From: a candidate division WWE3 bacterium
GTDB lineage: Bacteria > Patescibacteriota > WWE3 > UBA101185 > UBA10185
Length of the DNA stretch: 64,000 nt
Reading direction: 5' to 3'
Assembly: GCA_052035175.1 (NCBI GenBank)
Contig: JBPOHV010000001.1
Coordinates: forward strand, 703,771-767,770
Below, piece after piece: positions 39,058 through 55,900 of this stretch. How positions within the stretch are numbered: position 1 is the stretch's first letter; each line of letters opens with the position of its first letter. The notes beneath the pieces were generated by a model that had not been told where the DNA came from, ran no database searches, and worked only from the letters and a program-made list of their open reading frames with translations. The position numbers were made by a program, and so were the translations under genes.

Positions 39058-39246
39058 GTGAAATCAGCCTGGAATTTCTTTAGAGAATCAATAGACGAAT
39101 TTAAGAAAGTGCAGTGGCCAACGAAAAAAGAAGCATTTAAGTTAACTATGGTCGTGGTCGCTACAAGTTTATTGTCTGGAGTTTTTATTGAATCTTTAGA
39201 CTTCATATTTAGAGAAGCCCTTGCCAAATTCATATCTTTAAGCTAA
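39058..39246 (+). CDS. secE: Preprotein translocase subunit SecE
   Basis: KKVQWPTKKEA followed by a single TM helix. Confidence 0.8.
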   Translation: MKSAWNFFRESIDEFKKVQWPTKKEAFKLTMVVVATSLLSGVFIESLDFIFREALAKFISLS

Positions 39247-39267
39247 AAAAGATAGGTTAGTAAATAT

Positions 39268-39834
39268 ATGGAAAACGACGGAATAATAACAATTAATAAT
39301 AATGTAGCCGAAAACGCCAAATGGTATGTTGTACATACTTATTCTGGGCACGAAAATAAGGTCGCTATAACACTTAAACAACGCGCCGAAGTTGCCGGAT
39401 TCACTGATAGAATTTTCAAAATCTTTATACCTCACAAACAAACAATAAAGGTCGATGGTGGCAAAAAACGATCTGTAGACGAAAGATTATTCCCTGGATA
39501 CGTTATAGTAATGATGATTATGGACGACGACGCATGGCATATAGTAAGATCTACTCCTGGGGTTACTGGTTTTGTAGGAATGGGTTCTACACCTACTCCA
39601 GTTTCTGATACAGAAGTAAAGAATCTTATCAGAACAGCAAATATAGAAGCACCTAAATTTGAAGCCAAGTTTTCGATCGGAGACAGCATAAAAATCGGTG
39701 AAGGTCCTTTTAAAGACTTCATGGGACAAGTAAGCGATGTAAATACCGATCAAGGTAAAGTCAAAGTACTAGTTTCTGTATTTGGTAGAGAAACTCCTGT
39801 AGAGTTGGACTTTGCACAAGTAAAAAGGTTATAA
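39268..39834 (+). CDS. nusG: Transcription termination/antitermination factor NusG
   Basis: NGN domain (WYVVHTYSGHENKV) and KOW domain (GDSIKIGEGPFKDFMGQV). Confidence 0.9.
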   Translation: MENDGIITINNNVAENAKWYVVHTYSGHENKVAITLKQRAEVAGFTDRIFKIFIPHKQTIKVDGGKKRSVDERLFPGYVIVMMIMDDDAWHIVRSTPGVTGFVGMGSTPTPVSDTEVKNLIRTANIEAPKFEAKFSIGDSIKIGEGPFKDFMGQVSDVNTDQGKVKVLVSVFGRETPVELDFAQVKRL

Positions 39835-39856
39835 AACTTTATAAAAAAGAGGATAT

Positions 39857-40288
39857 ATGGCAGTTAAACAAAAAAAGATAAAAGCAAAAATTAAATTACA
39901 AATACATGCAGGTAAAGCTACACCAGCACCACCAGTAGGTCCTGCTTTGGGTCAATATGGTGTACCGCTCATGGATTTTTGTAAAGAGTTTAATGCACGC
40001 ACAGCTAAAATGGGAGATGATTTAATTCCAGTAGAATTGGTAGTATTTGAAGACAAGTCGTTCACATTTATAACAAAAACACCTGTAACTTCTGAATTGA
40101 TCAAAAAAGTACTAGGCCTTAAAAAAGGTTCCAGTGTACCAAATAAAGATAAAGTTGGTGCAATGACAAGAGAACAAGCCGAAGAAGTCGCCAAGATTAA
40201 AATGCCAGACTTGAGTGCAAATGATATGGATCAAGCAGTAAAAGTAATTGCTGGTACAGCAAGATCTATGGGAGTAGAAATGAAATGA
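39857..40288 (+). CDS. rplK: 50S ribosomal protein L11
   Basis: [16 protein letters not shown]. Confidence 0.9.
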   Translation: MAVKQKKIKAKIKLQIHAGKATPAPPVGPALGQYGVPLMDFCKEFNARTAKMGDDLIPVELVVFEDKSFTFITKTPVTSELIKKVLGLKKGSSVPNKDKVGAMTREQAEEVAKIKMPDLSANDMDQAVKVIAGTARSMGVEMK

Positions 40289-40899
40289 CAATAGATAACG
40301 CAATAAAACAAGTTAAATCGGCTGCCAAAGAAAAATTTGATGCTTCTGTCGAAGTACACATAAATCTCGAGCTTGATACAAAGAAAAATGACCAACAAGT
40401 TAGATATACAACAACTCTCCCCCATGGAACAGGTAAAGAGTTAAAAGTTGCAGTATTCGCTTCTACAAAGATAAATAATGCTGACCTAGAATTGCAAGAA
40501 AGCGACTTGGCCAAAATAGAAAACGGTCAAATTAGACCAAGAGTTGATTTTGATGTATTAATATCAGAACCAAGAATGATGCCAAAGCTTGCCAAAGTAG
40601 CGAAAATCTTGGGACCAGCTGGCGTAATGCCAAACCCAAAAAGCGGTACAGTAGCTGAAGATATAGCAAAAGCAGTTGAATCAGTAAAAAAAGGTAAAAT
40701 CGAAATTAAGAATGAACAAGCACCAATAATACATACCATAATGGGTAAAGTCAGTTTTACAGAAGATAAATTAAAAGCCAATTTTGAGGAAATTTTGAAC
40801 TCACTTAGACAAAATAGACCAGCAAAGGCCAAACCAAACTGGATAAAGTCTATATTCATTAAGAGTTCAATGGGCAAAGCTGTTAGCGTAGATTTGTAA
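40285..40899 (+). CDS. rplA: 50S ribosomal protein L1
   Basis: Full-length L1 similarity. Confidence 0.9.
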   Translation: MTIDNAIKQVKSAAKEKFDASVEVHINLELDTKKNDQQVRYTTTLPHGTGKELKVAVFASTKINNADLELQESDLAKIENGQIRPRVDFDVLISEPRMMPKLAKVAKILGPAGVMPNPKSGTVAEDIAKAVESVKKGKIEIKNEQAPIIHTIMGKVSFTEDKLKANFEEILNSLRQNRPAKAKPNWIKSIFIKSSMGKAVSVDL

Positions 40900-40902
40900 T
40901 AT

Positions 40903-42514
<1,612 letters not shown>

Positions 42515-43390
42515 TTACTTCCAACTTATTACTGTAGACAATAAATTTTGCTGACGAGAATTGAAATCTTTAGATTTTAAACGTCTACGCGCAAAACTCA
42601 GTTTCTTAACATAATCGTTTATCTGCGAATATGAATTCTCTAACGTTATCATACGAGATGCATATTTACCAAGGTCTGATTCGACCATAGTCTGATCAAA
42701 CAAAACTGATAATATTTGTGACTCAAAAAAGTCAATCACATCACCAATTGAAGGTTCATAAATACAATACTCAAAAGATTTTTTAGTAGTCTCAGCGTCT
42801 GAAATAAAATCCGCAGCTTCACCTGACAAGATAGTACGTGTAGGCTTTTGATTCGAAACACTCTCAAAGAAACCATGATAAACAGCGACATTCTTATACG
42901 ATGAGATTAGATTTAACAGTCTTTGTATAACAATTTCATTCTTACCGTAATCATTGATCTCGTAGTATTTGTATGCTCGACTTTGATCAGAGTCATCAAA
43001 CCAACGTTTACCCAGCCTACCCAGTATTACTATGTCATAAGACTCTTTTGGTAAACTTTTCAGATCTTTTATAAACAATGAGAAGGTGTTATGTAAAACA
43101 GGACCATATAAACCAGTATTCGAAGAGATTAAGATAAGTAAAGATTTTTCCACCTTTGCATCTTTAATAACATTTTTTGTACCCTTAGTACGTTTAAGTG
43201 TATAGTTTCTATAAAAAGACAGACTCTCATTATATAAATCTCGCAAGTCCCCCAAATAATCACGAGAGTCTAAAACTGATTTCTTCAGCTTTCTCATCCT
43301 AATGGCAGATATTTCCTGATAGGCACTGACAAGGTTTTTGAGAGAATTTGAAAAACCTATCTCAGCGTTAATTTTTATCTTATTCAACAT
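42515..43390 (-). CDS. atpG: ATP synthase F1 gamma subunit
   Basis: NLVSAYQEISAIRMRK N-terminal helix. Confidence 0.8.
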   Translation of the reverse strand: MLNKIKINAEIGFSNSLKNLVSAYQEISAIRMRKLKKSVLDSRDYLGDLRDLYNESLSFYRNYTLKRTKGTKNVIKDAKVEKSLLILISSNTGLYGPVLHNTFSLFIKDLKSLPKESYDIVILGRLGKRWFDDSDQSRAYKYYEINDYGKNEIVIQRLLNLISSYKNVAVYHGFFESVSNQKPTRTILSGEAADFISDAETTKKSFEYCIYEPSIGDVIDFFESQILSVLFDQTMVESDLGKYASRMITLENSYSQINDYVKKLSFARRRLKSKDFNSRQQNLLSTVISWK

Positions 43391-44903
43391 ATTTCAGTAT
43401 CTTTCCGCTATTTGAAGTTACTTTTGACAATAATGCATTTAAGTCAACAGAATCTGAAACGTAACCATCTAGTAGAGACTTAAAAGTATCATCGGTTTTG
43501 TATATGACATCAAATTTCTCAAGTAAATCAACGATACTTCCATGCGTAGACTCAGAGAATATCCCAGACCATATAAGGCAGAATATGACAAGCTGTGTGT
43601 TTAATATACGAGTCGTACCCAGGCGCTGATTTAAAAAGTCTAGAATACGCTCTCCCATTTTTAAGGTAGCTTTAATACCTTCGTTTATTTCTGCACCAAA
43701 ATGTACAAATTCTTCAGTTCTATCTAACAGAGACAAAAAACTAGTTAATTCTCTATTTACACTCCACATCAAACTATCTTGAGTTTGACGACCTACCCTT
43801 GTAACAGATAAAAAGTAATTTATTGCAGGTCTTCTTCCTTTTTCAAATAACTCATTGTCAAAAAACAAATGGCCATCTGTAATAGACATTAAATTAGTTT
43901 GTATATAGCCTGTAATATCTCCTGCAGGACTATCTACAACAGGAAAGCACGTTATAGATGAAATTGTTCCGTCAAGATTAAAACTACCAGCGCGCTCAAG
44001 TAAACGTGAATGCACATAAAAGATGTCTCCTGGATAAGAACTTCTACCAGGGAATCTTCCTATGAGTAACGATAGCTCTCTATAAAATTTAGCATGAGTT
44101 GTAAGATCATCCATAATAACAACTACGTCTTTGCCTAAATCTCTGAAATGTTCAGCTATTGTCATAGCACTATATGGAGTGATAAAAATGTCACCAAGAG
44201 TATCAGAAGATGACGCAGATAAAATAATAATATTTTTCAAAGAACGCTCTTTCACAAAAGATAAAAGTCTGTTAATGTCATCCATCCTCTTACCAATACA
44301 TGCATATACACAAATAACATTGTTGTTGGCTTGTTCTTGAATCATTTGCAATAAAAATTCTGTTTTACCTGTCTTTTTATCTCCTAGTACAAGTTGTCTC
44401 TGACCTTTACCCAAAGGTAACATAAGGTCTACAACAGACACACCTGTATAGAATCTGTCTTTTATAACTGACCTCTTAGATACGGGTAAAACAGTACCAT
44501 AAATACTTCTTGAGGCATTGCTGCTTTCAACCGGAGAAGAAGTAGACACCGCTGATTTATCAGAAGACATATCGGATAACTGCAACAATTTGTCACCATA
44601 CGGCGTAATCAGCGAGCCTAGTAACTCTTCTGATACGTCTAGATTTAACCCATGACCTGTACTAACTACTTTTGTACCTATGTTAACTGAGACAGTATCT
44701 AACACCAATATATCTACATAGTCGTGTGAAATAGAAATAACAAGACCTGCAGAACCATTTTCAAAGATTACTAAAGACTCTGGTTTAATACTAGGCAAGC
44801 CTTCGGCGCGAATAATAGGATAATTTATAAACCTAACAAAACCTACTTCACCAGTAGTTTCCAAAAGAGATGTGAATTTGGCCGAATCAAATTTTAAACT
44901 CAT
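43380..44903 (-). CDS. atpA: ATP synthase F1 alpha subunit
   Basis: GDKKTGKTEF Walker A and FYRELSLLIGRFPGRSSYPGDIFYVHSRLLERA. Confidence 0.9.
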   Translation of the reverse strand: MSLKFDSAKFTSLLETTGEVGFVRFINYPIIRAEGLPSIKPESLVIFENGSAGLVISISHDYVDILVLDTVSVNIGTKVVSTGHGLNLDVSEELLGSLITPYGDKLLQLSDMSSDKSAVSTSSPVESSNASRSIYGTVLPVSKRSVIKDRFYTGVSVVDLMLPLGKGQRQLVLGDKKTGKTEFLLQMIQEQANNNVICVYACIGKRMDDINRLLSFVKERSLKNIIILSASSSDTLGDIFITPYSAMTIAEHFRDLGKDVVVIMDDLTTHAKFYRELSLLIGRFPGRSSYPGDIFYVHSRLLERAGSFNLDGTISSITCFPVVDSPAGDITGYIQTNLMSITDGHLFFDNELFEKGRRPAINYFLSVTRVGRQTQDSLMWSVNRELTSFLSLLDRTEEFVHFGAEINEGIKATLKMGERILDFLNQRLGTTRILNTQLVIFCLIWSGIFSESTHGSIVDLLEKFDVIYKTDDTFKSLLDGYVSDSVDLNALLSKVTSNSGKILKYVE

Positions 44904-45329
44904 AATTTTTCTTTACTAGATACAAGTTGCTTACTGATCAATGTAATAAGGGATTGATCAAAATATCGACCAGCAAATATAACTTTGAATCCCCCATAGA
45001 TTGATTTATCTATATTAATGTCAAAATATATATGATTATCTGAGAAAGTCTGTGAAATCTTTTGCTTTAAAACTAGAAGAAAATCATGATCTGGCATCTC
45101 TGCTAAAACAAGGTCAACACGATGAAGTGTATCTAAGAAACTGCTCACCTCTTTCAAAGAATCAAGTAAGCTATTTTTATCTAAAATACTCAACAAAATA
45201 GAATCAAAATGTGAATTCATAAATTTATCGTCGATTGTAGAAGTTTTGTATATATCGCTTATGGCTACAGAAACCATATCTTTATAATAAGCAATGTCGT
45301 AAGAAGTGACTAAATAGTCTAAAAAATTA

Positions 45330-45352
<23 letters not shown>
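44900..45352 (-). CDS. atpH: ATP synthase delta (OSCP) subunit
   Basis: C-terminal IYGGFKVIFAGRYFDQS. Confidence 0.65.
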
Positions 45353-46879
<1,527 letters not shown>

Positions 46880-46900
46880 TTAAAAAATAATGAAAAGTTA

Positions 46901-46929
46901 TTGACCTAAAACAAACCTTACCATACAAT
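46901..46929 (+). promoter_or_regulatory. Sigma70-like promoter (TTGACC, 17-nt spacer, TACAAT) for the giant gene
   Basis: Read directly from the sequence; an AAGGA RBS lies 6 nt before the ATG at 46981. Confidence 0.5.
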
Positions 46930-46980
46930 AAATTAAACTTTACTAAATGTTGTTATTACAATATTTAACAAGGATTAAAA

Positions 46981-49900
46981 ATGCCTATATCTGCCCAAGA
47001 TAAAACATCGAAATACGATTTCACAAATTCATTACATTTAACTGTTTCAGAGGCAGCGAGTTTATTAAAAGTATCCCCTACTACACTGAGAAGATTTGAG
47101 AACGAACACAAAATTTCTTCGACAAGGTTACCAAATGGCTATAGAGTTTTTGACATTAAAGATATAAACAATCTTAAGAATTCTTTGGAAACTCAAAAGT
47201 TAAGTAAAGAAAAAAATAAAGGAAAAAAAGTATTAAAAACTATAAACAGAAACATTGATGCATTAAATAAATACACTGTACAAACACAAACTCAAAAAAA
47301 ACCAATCAATAAGTCTATAAGAAATAAATATCTTTTATCCAACGCAATAGTTTTGGTGATGGGTGTTTATGCAATTTTAACTTTCAGCATTAATAAAAAT
47401 ATACCAACAACTGGATTGACATCCCTCGTTATATCTACAAGCAATAAAGCTTTAAGTACAACAAATGACAACCTTATAACAAACAAAATAACAGATACAC
47501 AAGTAAGTAATGTATTAGCTTTGGGAGACCAAAGACCTGACTATTCTTTTAATACTAGCGTAAATGCCAATTTTGAAAAGCTACTCAATGTTACCGGCAT
47601 ATCCAATTTGAATGGTGGAATAACAACACCGACAATTACTTTTACAGAAACAGGCACAATTAATCAATTGGATGCTATTGATGATACAACTGAGACCACT
47701 TTAGAAAATGCATTAGATATAAATGGTGATGTTGTAGGAACTGGATTAAATAATACACAAATAGCAGACAGTGTCATAGAAGGAACAAATCTTGTAGAAG
47801 ACTTTGAGTATACTGGTAATTTCAATTTTGCAGGTACATGGTTGATCGATGGTAGTGAAGTTACCGCAACAGCTGAGCAAATTAATTTGTTTGCAGATAT
47901 CAGTGCAACATCTGACGAAATTAATTATCTGTCTGGCGCAACTGTTGATAATGGCGGTTTAGTATTTGGTAACGGCTCAAGCTTTGCACAAGATCCGATA
48001 AATCTGTTCTGGGATGATACAAATAACAGACTTGGAATAGGAAATACTACTCCGGCTTATACATTGGATGTTACAGGTGATATTCGTGTAAGTTCAGCGT
48101 CTGACATATATGTAGGTGCAAAAGGTCTGAACGATACTGGTGCTACTGCTGCAGATTCTGGAGCTACATTAGTAGGTGTATTTGATGAATTTAACAATTC
48201 TAACAGTACTACAGTTCAAGCAGTACTAAATGACCTGGATGCTGCAGTTAGTGCTGGTGGATCTGAATGGACGCAAGACACCGGTTTCATTTACCTGACA
48301 AACACTTCTGACGAAGTAGTAATAGGAGGAAATGCATCGCTTTCGAGTAAATTTGCGATAAACGGTGATGCTGATGAAACACAACTCTTAGTACAAGGTC
48401 ATTCTACACAAACAAACAATTTGGCAGTATTTGAAAATTCATTAGGTACTGATGTCTTTACAATAAATAATAGCGGAAATGTAACTTTGTCAGGAACATT
48501 AACTTTAAATAGCGAAACAATATCAGATTTTACAGGTGATGGTTTGTCACTATCTGGCGGTGCTTTGACTATAGATTTAACATCTCCAACCGATGCATTG
48601 TCTTCCACTACATCCAGCGGATCTGGGTTGGAGGTTATCACAACTGGACTTACGCTATTACAAGGGTGCAACAATGGCGAAATATTAAAGTGGAACGAAA
48701 CTAACGATTCTTGGGAATGCGGAACTGATACAGGAGCTTCATTTGCAATTGTAGATGTTCAAAACAATGATGTATCAGTTGGATCAAATGTAGATACAAT
48801 TGATTTTTCTACTGATTTTAGTGTAACCGCATCCCCTTCTAATGAAGCAAACGTTGCAATAGCAGATGATGTTTTGAACTTCACAGAGATTGCAGACGCA
48901 CTTTCACTTGACGCTGCAACAACTATCACAAACGCACTAGCTGGAAACTTAACAATAGATCTAACTTCTACTGGTGATTTTGTAATAGCTGATGGAGGGT
49001 CTGCTGTTTATACATTTACTGATGCAGGCGGTCTTACACAAGCAGGTACAGGACAAAACACGTTTACTGGTAACATCGACGCCACATTAGGAATAGATGT
49101 GACAAATGCCAATCTCACTGTCGGTGGATCAAACTTCAGTGTAGATTTTTCAAACGGAAATACAACAACTGCTGGCACCTTAGCAGTGAATGGTGATTCC
49201 ATTACATCTGATGGAACAACCTTAGCTATTAATGCAGCCGGAAATGTAGACATACAAGATATTTTAAATGTAGATTCTTTGACTACAGATACTGGTGGTA
49301 TCACAATTACTAGCGGACAAGATCTAACTATCGGGGCAATAGGATTGAATGATTTGGGTACAAATAATGCTACATCTGGAGCATCCCTAGTTGGAACATA
49401 CGATGAATTCAATAATTCAAATAGCACTACTGTACAAGATGTTTTGGATGATTTAGACGCAGCAATTGGTGCAGGAGCTTCTAAGTGGACACAAGACACT
49501 GGATTTGCATATTTAACAAATACTACAGACTCTATCACAATTGGTGGAAATACTGAGCTTGGTAAGTTAGCTGTCGACGGTAATGCTGATGAAGTTCAAT
49601 TGCTAATCCAAGGTAATGGCACACAAACAAACAATTTGGCAGTATTTGAGAACTCTGCTGGTGTTGATCAGTTTACTGTAACAAACACAGGAGACTTAAC
49701 TATTGCAGGTGACCTTGCTATATCTGGAGGAAATATAACCACAGCAGTAACGTTTGACTCTACAGCAACATCGACAGGTACTTTAACAGCAAATGGTACG
49801 TTTGATGCGAATGGTGTTGTAACTCTAGGAGACGGAAGCGACAATATAGCAATCGATGGCAATATATGGGACATAACATCAGCAGGTGTAGGAACAGGCT

Positions 49901-52900
49901 TTACTTCTTTTACTATAGACAATGTTATTGTTGATGGCACAACCATTGGACATACTTCAGATACAGACTTGCTCTCTCTTGCAAATGGAGCGCTAACGGT
50001 AAATGGTACTGGTACATTTACCGGTGTATTAGCAACTAATGCAACAACATTAGGTTTGGATGCTGATGCTGACACAGATAATTATTTTACAGTAGGTGCA
50101 AGTGGTACAGCTGGTGATGCTTCTAACGATTTGTTCTGGGGTCAAGATTTGTTGTGCGATGTCAGTGCTACAAATTGCGGTTGGGCTACTGCTGCTAGTG
50201 CATTTAGTTCATGGACAATCGCCGACAATGATGGCAGTTCGTACGCAATAGTCGATTCAAACACAATCAGATTTACTACAAGTGATGGAAATGTCATAAC
50301 TAATTTAACAAATGGCGATGATGCCGATGAGAATTTGGATTTAACTGTAAGGCTACTTGGAGACATAGTAGCTGGTGCGGGTCTAACCGGTGGAGCTGAC
50401 AATATATTAGTTGGTGCAGACGCAGATACCACAATTACAATCGGTGCAGGAAACGGCATCACTGTAAATGCAGATGATGTTGCAGTAAATCAAGACTACG
50501 ATTTTACATTTACAGGGAATAATACATTTACTCCAGCAGGAACTGATGATCTTACAATAAACCTTGATGACGATTCTCTACTTTCTATAAATCAAACTTT
50601 CTCTGGAACAACAACAGCAAATGGTTTAACACAAACAATCACAAACTCATCAACATCAGGTACACAAAATGCATTTTATTTAGATAATGCAGCTTCAACA
50701 GGTGTAACAGATTCACTATTTGTCATAGATAACAGCGATACTGACACTGCAGTGACAAATGCAATTCAATTTGTAGATGCAGGCGGCGGATTCACAAATC
50801 TTTTCAATGTTGCTGGAACATTAATATCACCTGCTGAATTTACAATACTCGATGGCGGAATTAACTTAGCGTCTTCTTCGGAAGTTACAGGTATATTACC
50901 TCTTGCAAATGGCGGAACTGGAGCAAATCTCGTTGATCCAAATGCTGACAGAATATTTTTCTGGGATGATACTGCTGGTGCATCTACATGGTTAGCTGCA
51001 GATGGTACAAGCATTGAGATAGCAGGAACAACACTGCAACATGTCGACACTTCTACACAAGCGAGTGTAAATAACTCAACGACAACTGTGATTCAAGATA
51101 TAACGCTTGATACATATGGGCATCTTACAGGAATTACATCTGTTGATCTTGCTTCAAGTTTTGATAATTATGGTCAGTGGTATTATGCTTTGGACTTTAC
51201 TAGCCCCTTACCTATAACAAGCGGTCAGACTTTGACATATATGTCTGGTAACGATATAGACATAACAAACAGTGGAACCAGGCAGATTACAGTAGCACTT
51301 GAGTCGACACTTGACATAGTTTCAACCATCAATCTAGCAGGAACAGGCACATTAAACGGACTTGATGCTGTCGATGCTACAACAGAAAATACGATAGAGG
51401 GATTAATTTTTGATAACGATGCAGAAAATATTACAGGCGTATGGGAAGTTCAAGACGACACAAACTTTGTATTCGGTAACGATGCCAATGTAAGGTTTGC
51501 ATATAATGAGATTTACGATTTATTCGAGATTAGTACCCCCAGCATTGCGGCACAAAATACAGATTATGCACTTTATACACTTTCAACCGACAATACTAAT
51601 GCCGGAATGACAGCCGATCAAGAAGTATTTGAAATAGGAAAAGGTGGAAGCTTCAACGCTGACATGAACTATGTAGAATTGTTAGCACTAGATGAAGATG
51701 GAGATTTGTCTGTAACTGGCACTGGTACTTTTAATGGTGTATTAGCAACTAATGCAACAACATTAGGATTGGATGCAGATGCTGATACAGATAACTACTT
51801 TACAATTGGTGCAACAGGTACAGCCGGTGATGCATCAAATGACTTATTCTTTGGCCAAGACTTGCTATGCGATGTTTCAGCAACTAACTGCGGTTGGGCA
51901 ACAGCTGCATCTTCATTTACATCATTCACATTAGCAGGAGATGCTGGTGGAGGACAAACTATATCAAGTACTGACACTTTGAGCGTGCTTGGAGGTACAA
52001 ACGGAATAGACACTATAGACTCTGCTACAGATACAGTAACACTCAACCTTGATACTACTGAAATAGGTACTACAACTTTTGGTAGCGGTTCTGCATTTGC
52101 GTGGACATTTAATGCAGGAACAACTGATCCTGTCATAGGCTTTGGCGATGATCAATTAGATTTAGGCTCGGCTACAACTGGACTCAGATTAACTACAGAT
52201 GGCATACTTTCTGATATTGATGATGCAAATGTTTCAATAAATGATGGCTTACAATTTGTAGGCGCACAAACTATATCTACATCTTCTGGAAACTTAACAA
52301 TTGATACTGCTGGTACATTTATCATATCTGACGCTGTAGATTTAAATAATACACTAGACTTAGATATCTCTTCTGCATCAGCATTTACAGTTGGCGATGG
52401 CTCTATAAATACATTTAGTATAGACACAGCAAACGATTTAATCGCTTCAACAGGAAATTATGTAGCTACATTTACATCTCTGGTTACAAACACACTAGCA
52501 AATGGTGCTGGATCAAGCTCAACAAGTCTAACTGTGGACGACTCCACAGGATTTGATGTTGGAAATTATGTGAGAATAGATTCGGCGTCAAACTGTGACT
52601 CAGGCATAACAACTTGTTATTCTAAGATAAGACAAATTGTAGGTAATGTTATAACACTTAGAAATGCACTCACTTGGACAGATAACTCAACAATAACCGA
52701 ATATCATATTCCAGAAATTGGCGGTACAAATACTGCAGAAGCATTAACAGATAGATTTGGTCGCGGTTACTTTATATCTGGAACTGTCGCTGGTAATGCA
52801 TCAACATACTATGACGATAGAAGAATATATACGACAGATACTACGAGTTCTAACTCTCCATCTTTTACGATAAGCACTGGAACAACAACCACATCAGGAA

Positions 52901-55900
52901 ATTCTGGAGATATAACTATAGACACTGGTGTAGCAGCAGGGACTGAAGGACAGATATATCTTGGTAACACAAACGCCAGTGCAATAACTATTGGTCATGC
53001 AGGTGTTACAACAACAATCGGTGGATCGATAATAATTAATAGCCAAGAATTTGCTAATCTTACTGGACAAGGTTTGGCTCTCGATGGCAGCAACGTACTA
53101 AACTTTGATTGCTCAGAAGTAGAAGGAACTGATATCGATTGTTCTGGTGAGAATATAACTTTGGAATCAACTATTGACTCAATTTCTACGTTGAATTTGG
53201 CAGGTACAGGTACTTTGAACGGACTTGATGCTGTCGATGCAACATCAGAAAATACTATTGAAGCATTGATATTCGATAATGACGCTGAAACTATTACAGG
53301 TGTGTGGGAAGTCCAAGACGATGTAAACTTCGCATTTGGAACTGCTGCAAATATCAATTTTGTATACAATCAAACAGACGATTTATTTAATATAAATGCA
53401 ACATCAACTGCATCACAAAACACTGACTACGGGCTTTATACACTTTCAACCGACAATGCTAATGCCGGAATGACAGCCGATCAAGAAGTATTTGAAATAG
53501 GAAAAGGTGGAAACGACGACTCTGACACAAACTATATAGAATTGTTAGCACTAGATGAAGATGGAGATTTGTCGGTAACTGGCACTGGTACATTTACCGG
53601 ATCACTTGCAACCAACGCAACTGCTATCGGGCTTAACAATGATGCAGACACTGACAACGTACTATCATTTGGTGCAGGGTCTGCTGGTGCCGCATCGGGT
53701 AATTTATACTGGGGAAATGTTTTGGTATGCGATGCCTCACAAGCCAATTGCGGTTGGGTAACTTCTAGCGGTTCTGGTGCTTCTAAATGGACTGATGGTG
53801 GAGATCATATTTACCCAACTGGCGGAGAATTTTTGGGTGATGACACATCAAATGGAGCAAATAAACTAGCTGGCGCATATTTCTTGGATGGCGCTCCCCT
53901 AGTATTGGGAACAACAAATGATATTCAATTTGCTTATGATGAAACAACTGACGATCAATTAGAAATAAGCGATGGTACAAATGATTTCTTAACTATCAAA
54001 GATAATGGCACTACAGCAACATTTACTTTTGACAACATCGTACAAATTGGATCAGATGGTCAAGACGGACAATTTGTTTTATACAATGAATTAGGTGCTA
54101 CTGATTACACAAACACTTTTGCTTTGAGTGGAACACAATCTCAAGATATAACGTATACATTACCAGCAAATGACGGCGGAGCTAGCCAAGTCTTATCTAC
54201 AAACGGGTCAGGAGTTTTGACATGGATTGACGTATCTGGTGGTGCTGGCGGATATACTGGTTGGGCGATTGCAGATGATGACAATGATACATATACAATT
54301 TCTTCTGGTGATCAAATAAAGCTTTATTCGTCTAGCAATGTTATTACAACAAACTTGATAAATGGGGACGATACTCTCGATGAAATAGATTTGGATATAG
54401 CAGATGATTCTTTGAATTTCACAGAATTTGCAGATTCTCTATCTGTCGATGCAACAACTGATATAAATCTTGGTACATCTAATTTAACTGTTGATTTAGA
54501 CTCCACTGGGATATTTGACATAAGAGATGGTGCAACAACTTACTGGAGTTTTGACGATGACTCAACTGTAGATGTTACCTTCCCTGCTGCAGGATCTTTA
54601 ACAATAGACTCAGCTACTACAGATTCTACTTTAACAACAGGTATATTTGATCTTAATGTCGATACCATAACTACAGGAAATATTGGTTTTAATATCGATC
54701 ACATTATTAGAGACTCAGCAGGCATCACTGCTTATGGTCAAAGAATTAATACAACTATAGATACTGACGCTGCTGAAAGCTCAACCGGATATGGACTTTA
54801 CATTAGTGGAACAAACAATGATGCCTCCTCTACCCTGACTGGTCTTTATGTAGATGCAGGAACTGGTGCTGGTACTGAATATGCTGCTGCGTTTATGAAT
54901 GGGAATGTGGGTATTGGAATAGCCACACCAGAATCAAAACTCCATATTAACAACGCTGATACTGCAGCAAATGGCCTTAGACTATCTTATAGTGAAGCTA
55001 GTTACGACGACCAATACTCTCTTGATTTATACTCAGCAGGTGGATCAGGTGCATTTATAGATGCTGCAACAACAACTAATGGATTAACAATAAGAACTTC
55101 ATCTAATGCAACTAGAACAAATTTAGCCGCCAGAATGGTAATCCTAGGAGGCGCTAATGCAGGTAACGTAGGTTTATCTACTACTGCACCTGATGCAAGA
55201 CTTGAAATTAACCATGCTACCGGAGATAACTTAAGACTTACTTATAATGACGCTGATGGCACAGCATCTAACTACACCGACTTCTCGCTTGCTTCAGATG
55301 GAGATTTGACAATTGATTCAGCTGGTGGCGCTATCAACTTAGCATCGGGCGATGATTTAAATATCACAGCATCAACCGACTTGATATTTGGAACAACAAC
55401 ATCACTCGGAGAATCAACAGGAGCTACAGACTCTGGTGCATATCTGGTGGGAGTTTTTGATGAATTCAATAGCTCAAACGGAACTAATGTACAAGATGTA
55501 CTCGATGACCTCGATGCAGCTGTAGGTGCTGGTGCTTCTAAGTGGACACAAGATACAGGATTTATTTATTTAACTGGTTCAACAGATAGCGTAACAATTG
55601 GCGGAACTACAGAACTTGGAAAACTCGCTGTAGATGGCGATGCTGATCAAATACAATTATTAATCCAAGGTAATGCTACACAAACATCTAACTTAGCTGT
55701 ATTTGAAAATTCTGCAGGAGCTGATCAACTTGTTGTAACAAACACAGGAGACTTAACTATTGCAGGAGATGCAACAATTACTGGTAATTTATTAACTTTT
55801 GGTAATGGAGAAACAATTGATAACAATGCTGACGGAACAATCGCACTAAATCCAACAGTATTAACACTAACAGGAACAACAACACTTAATGGTACATCTT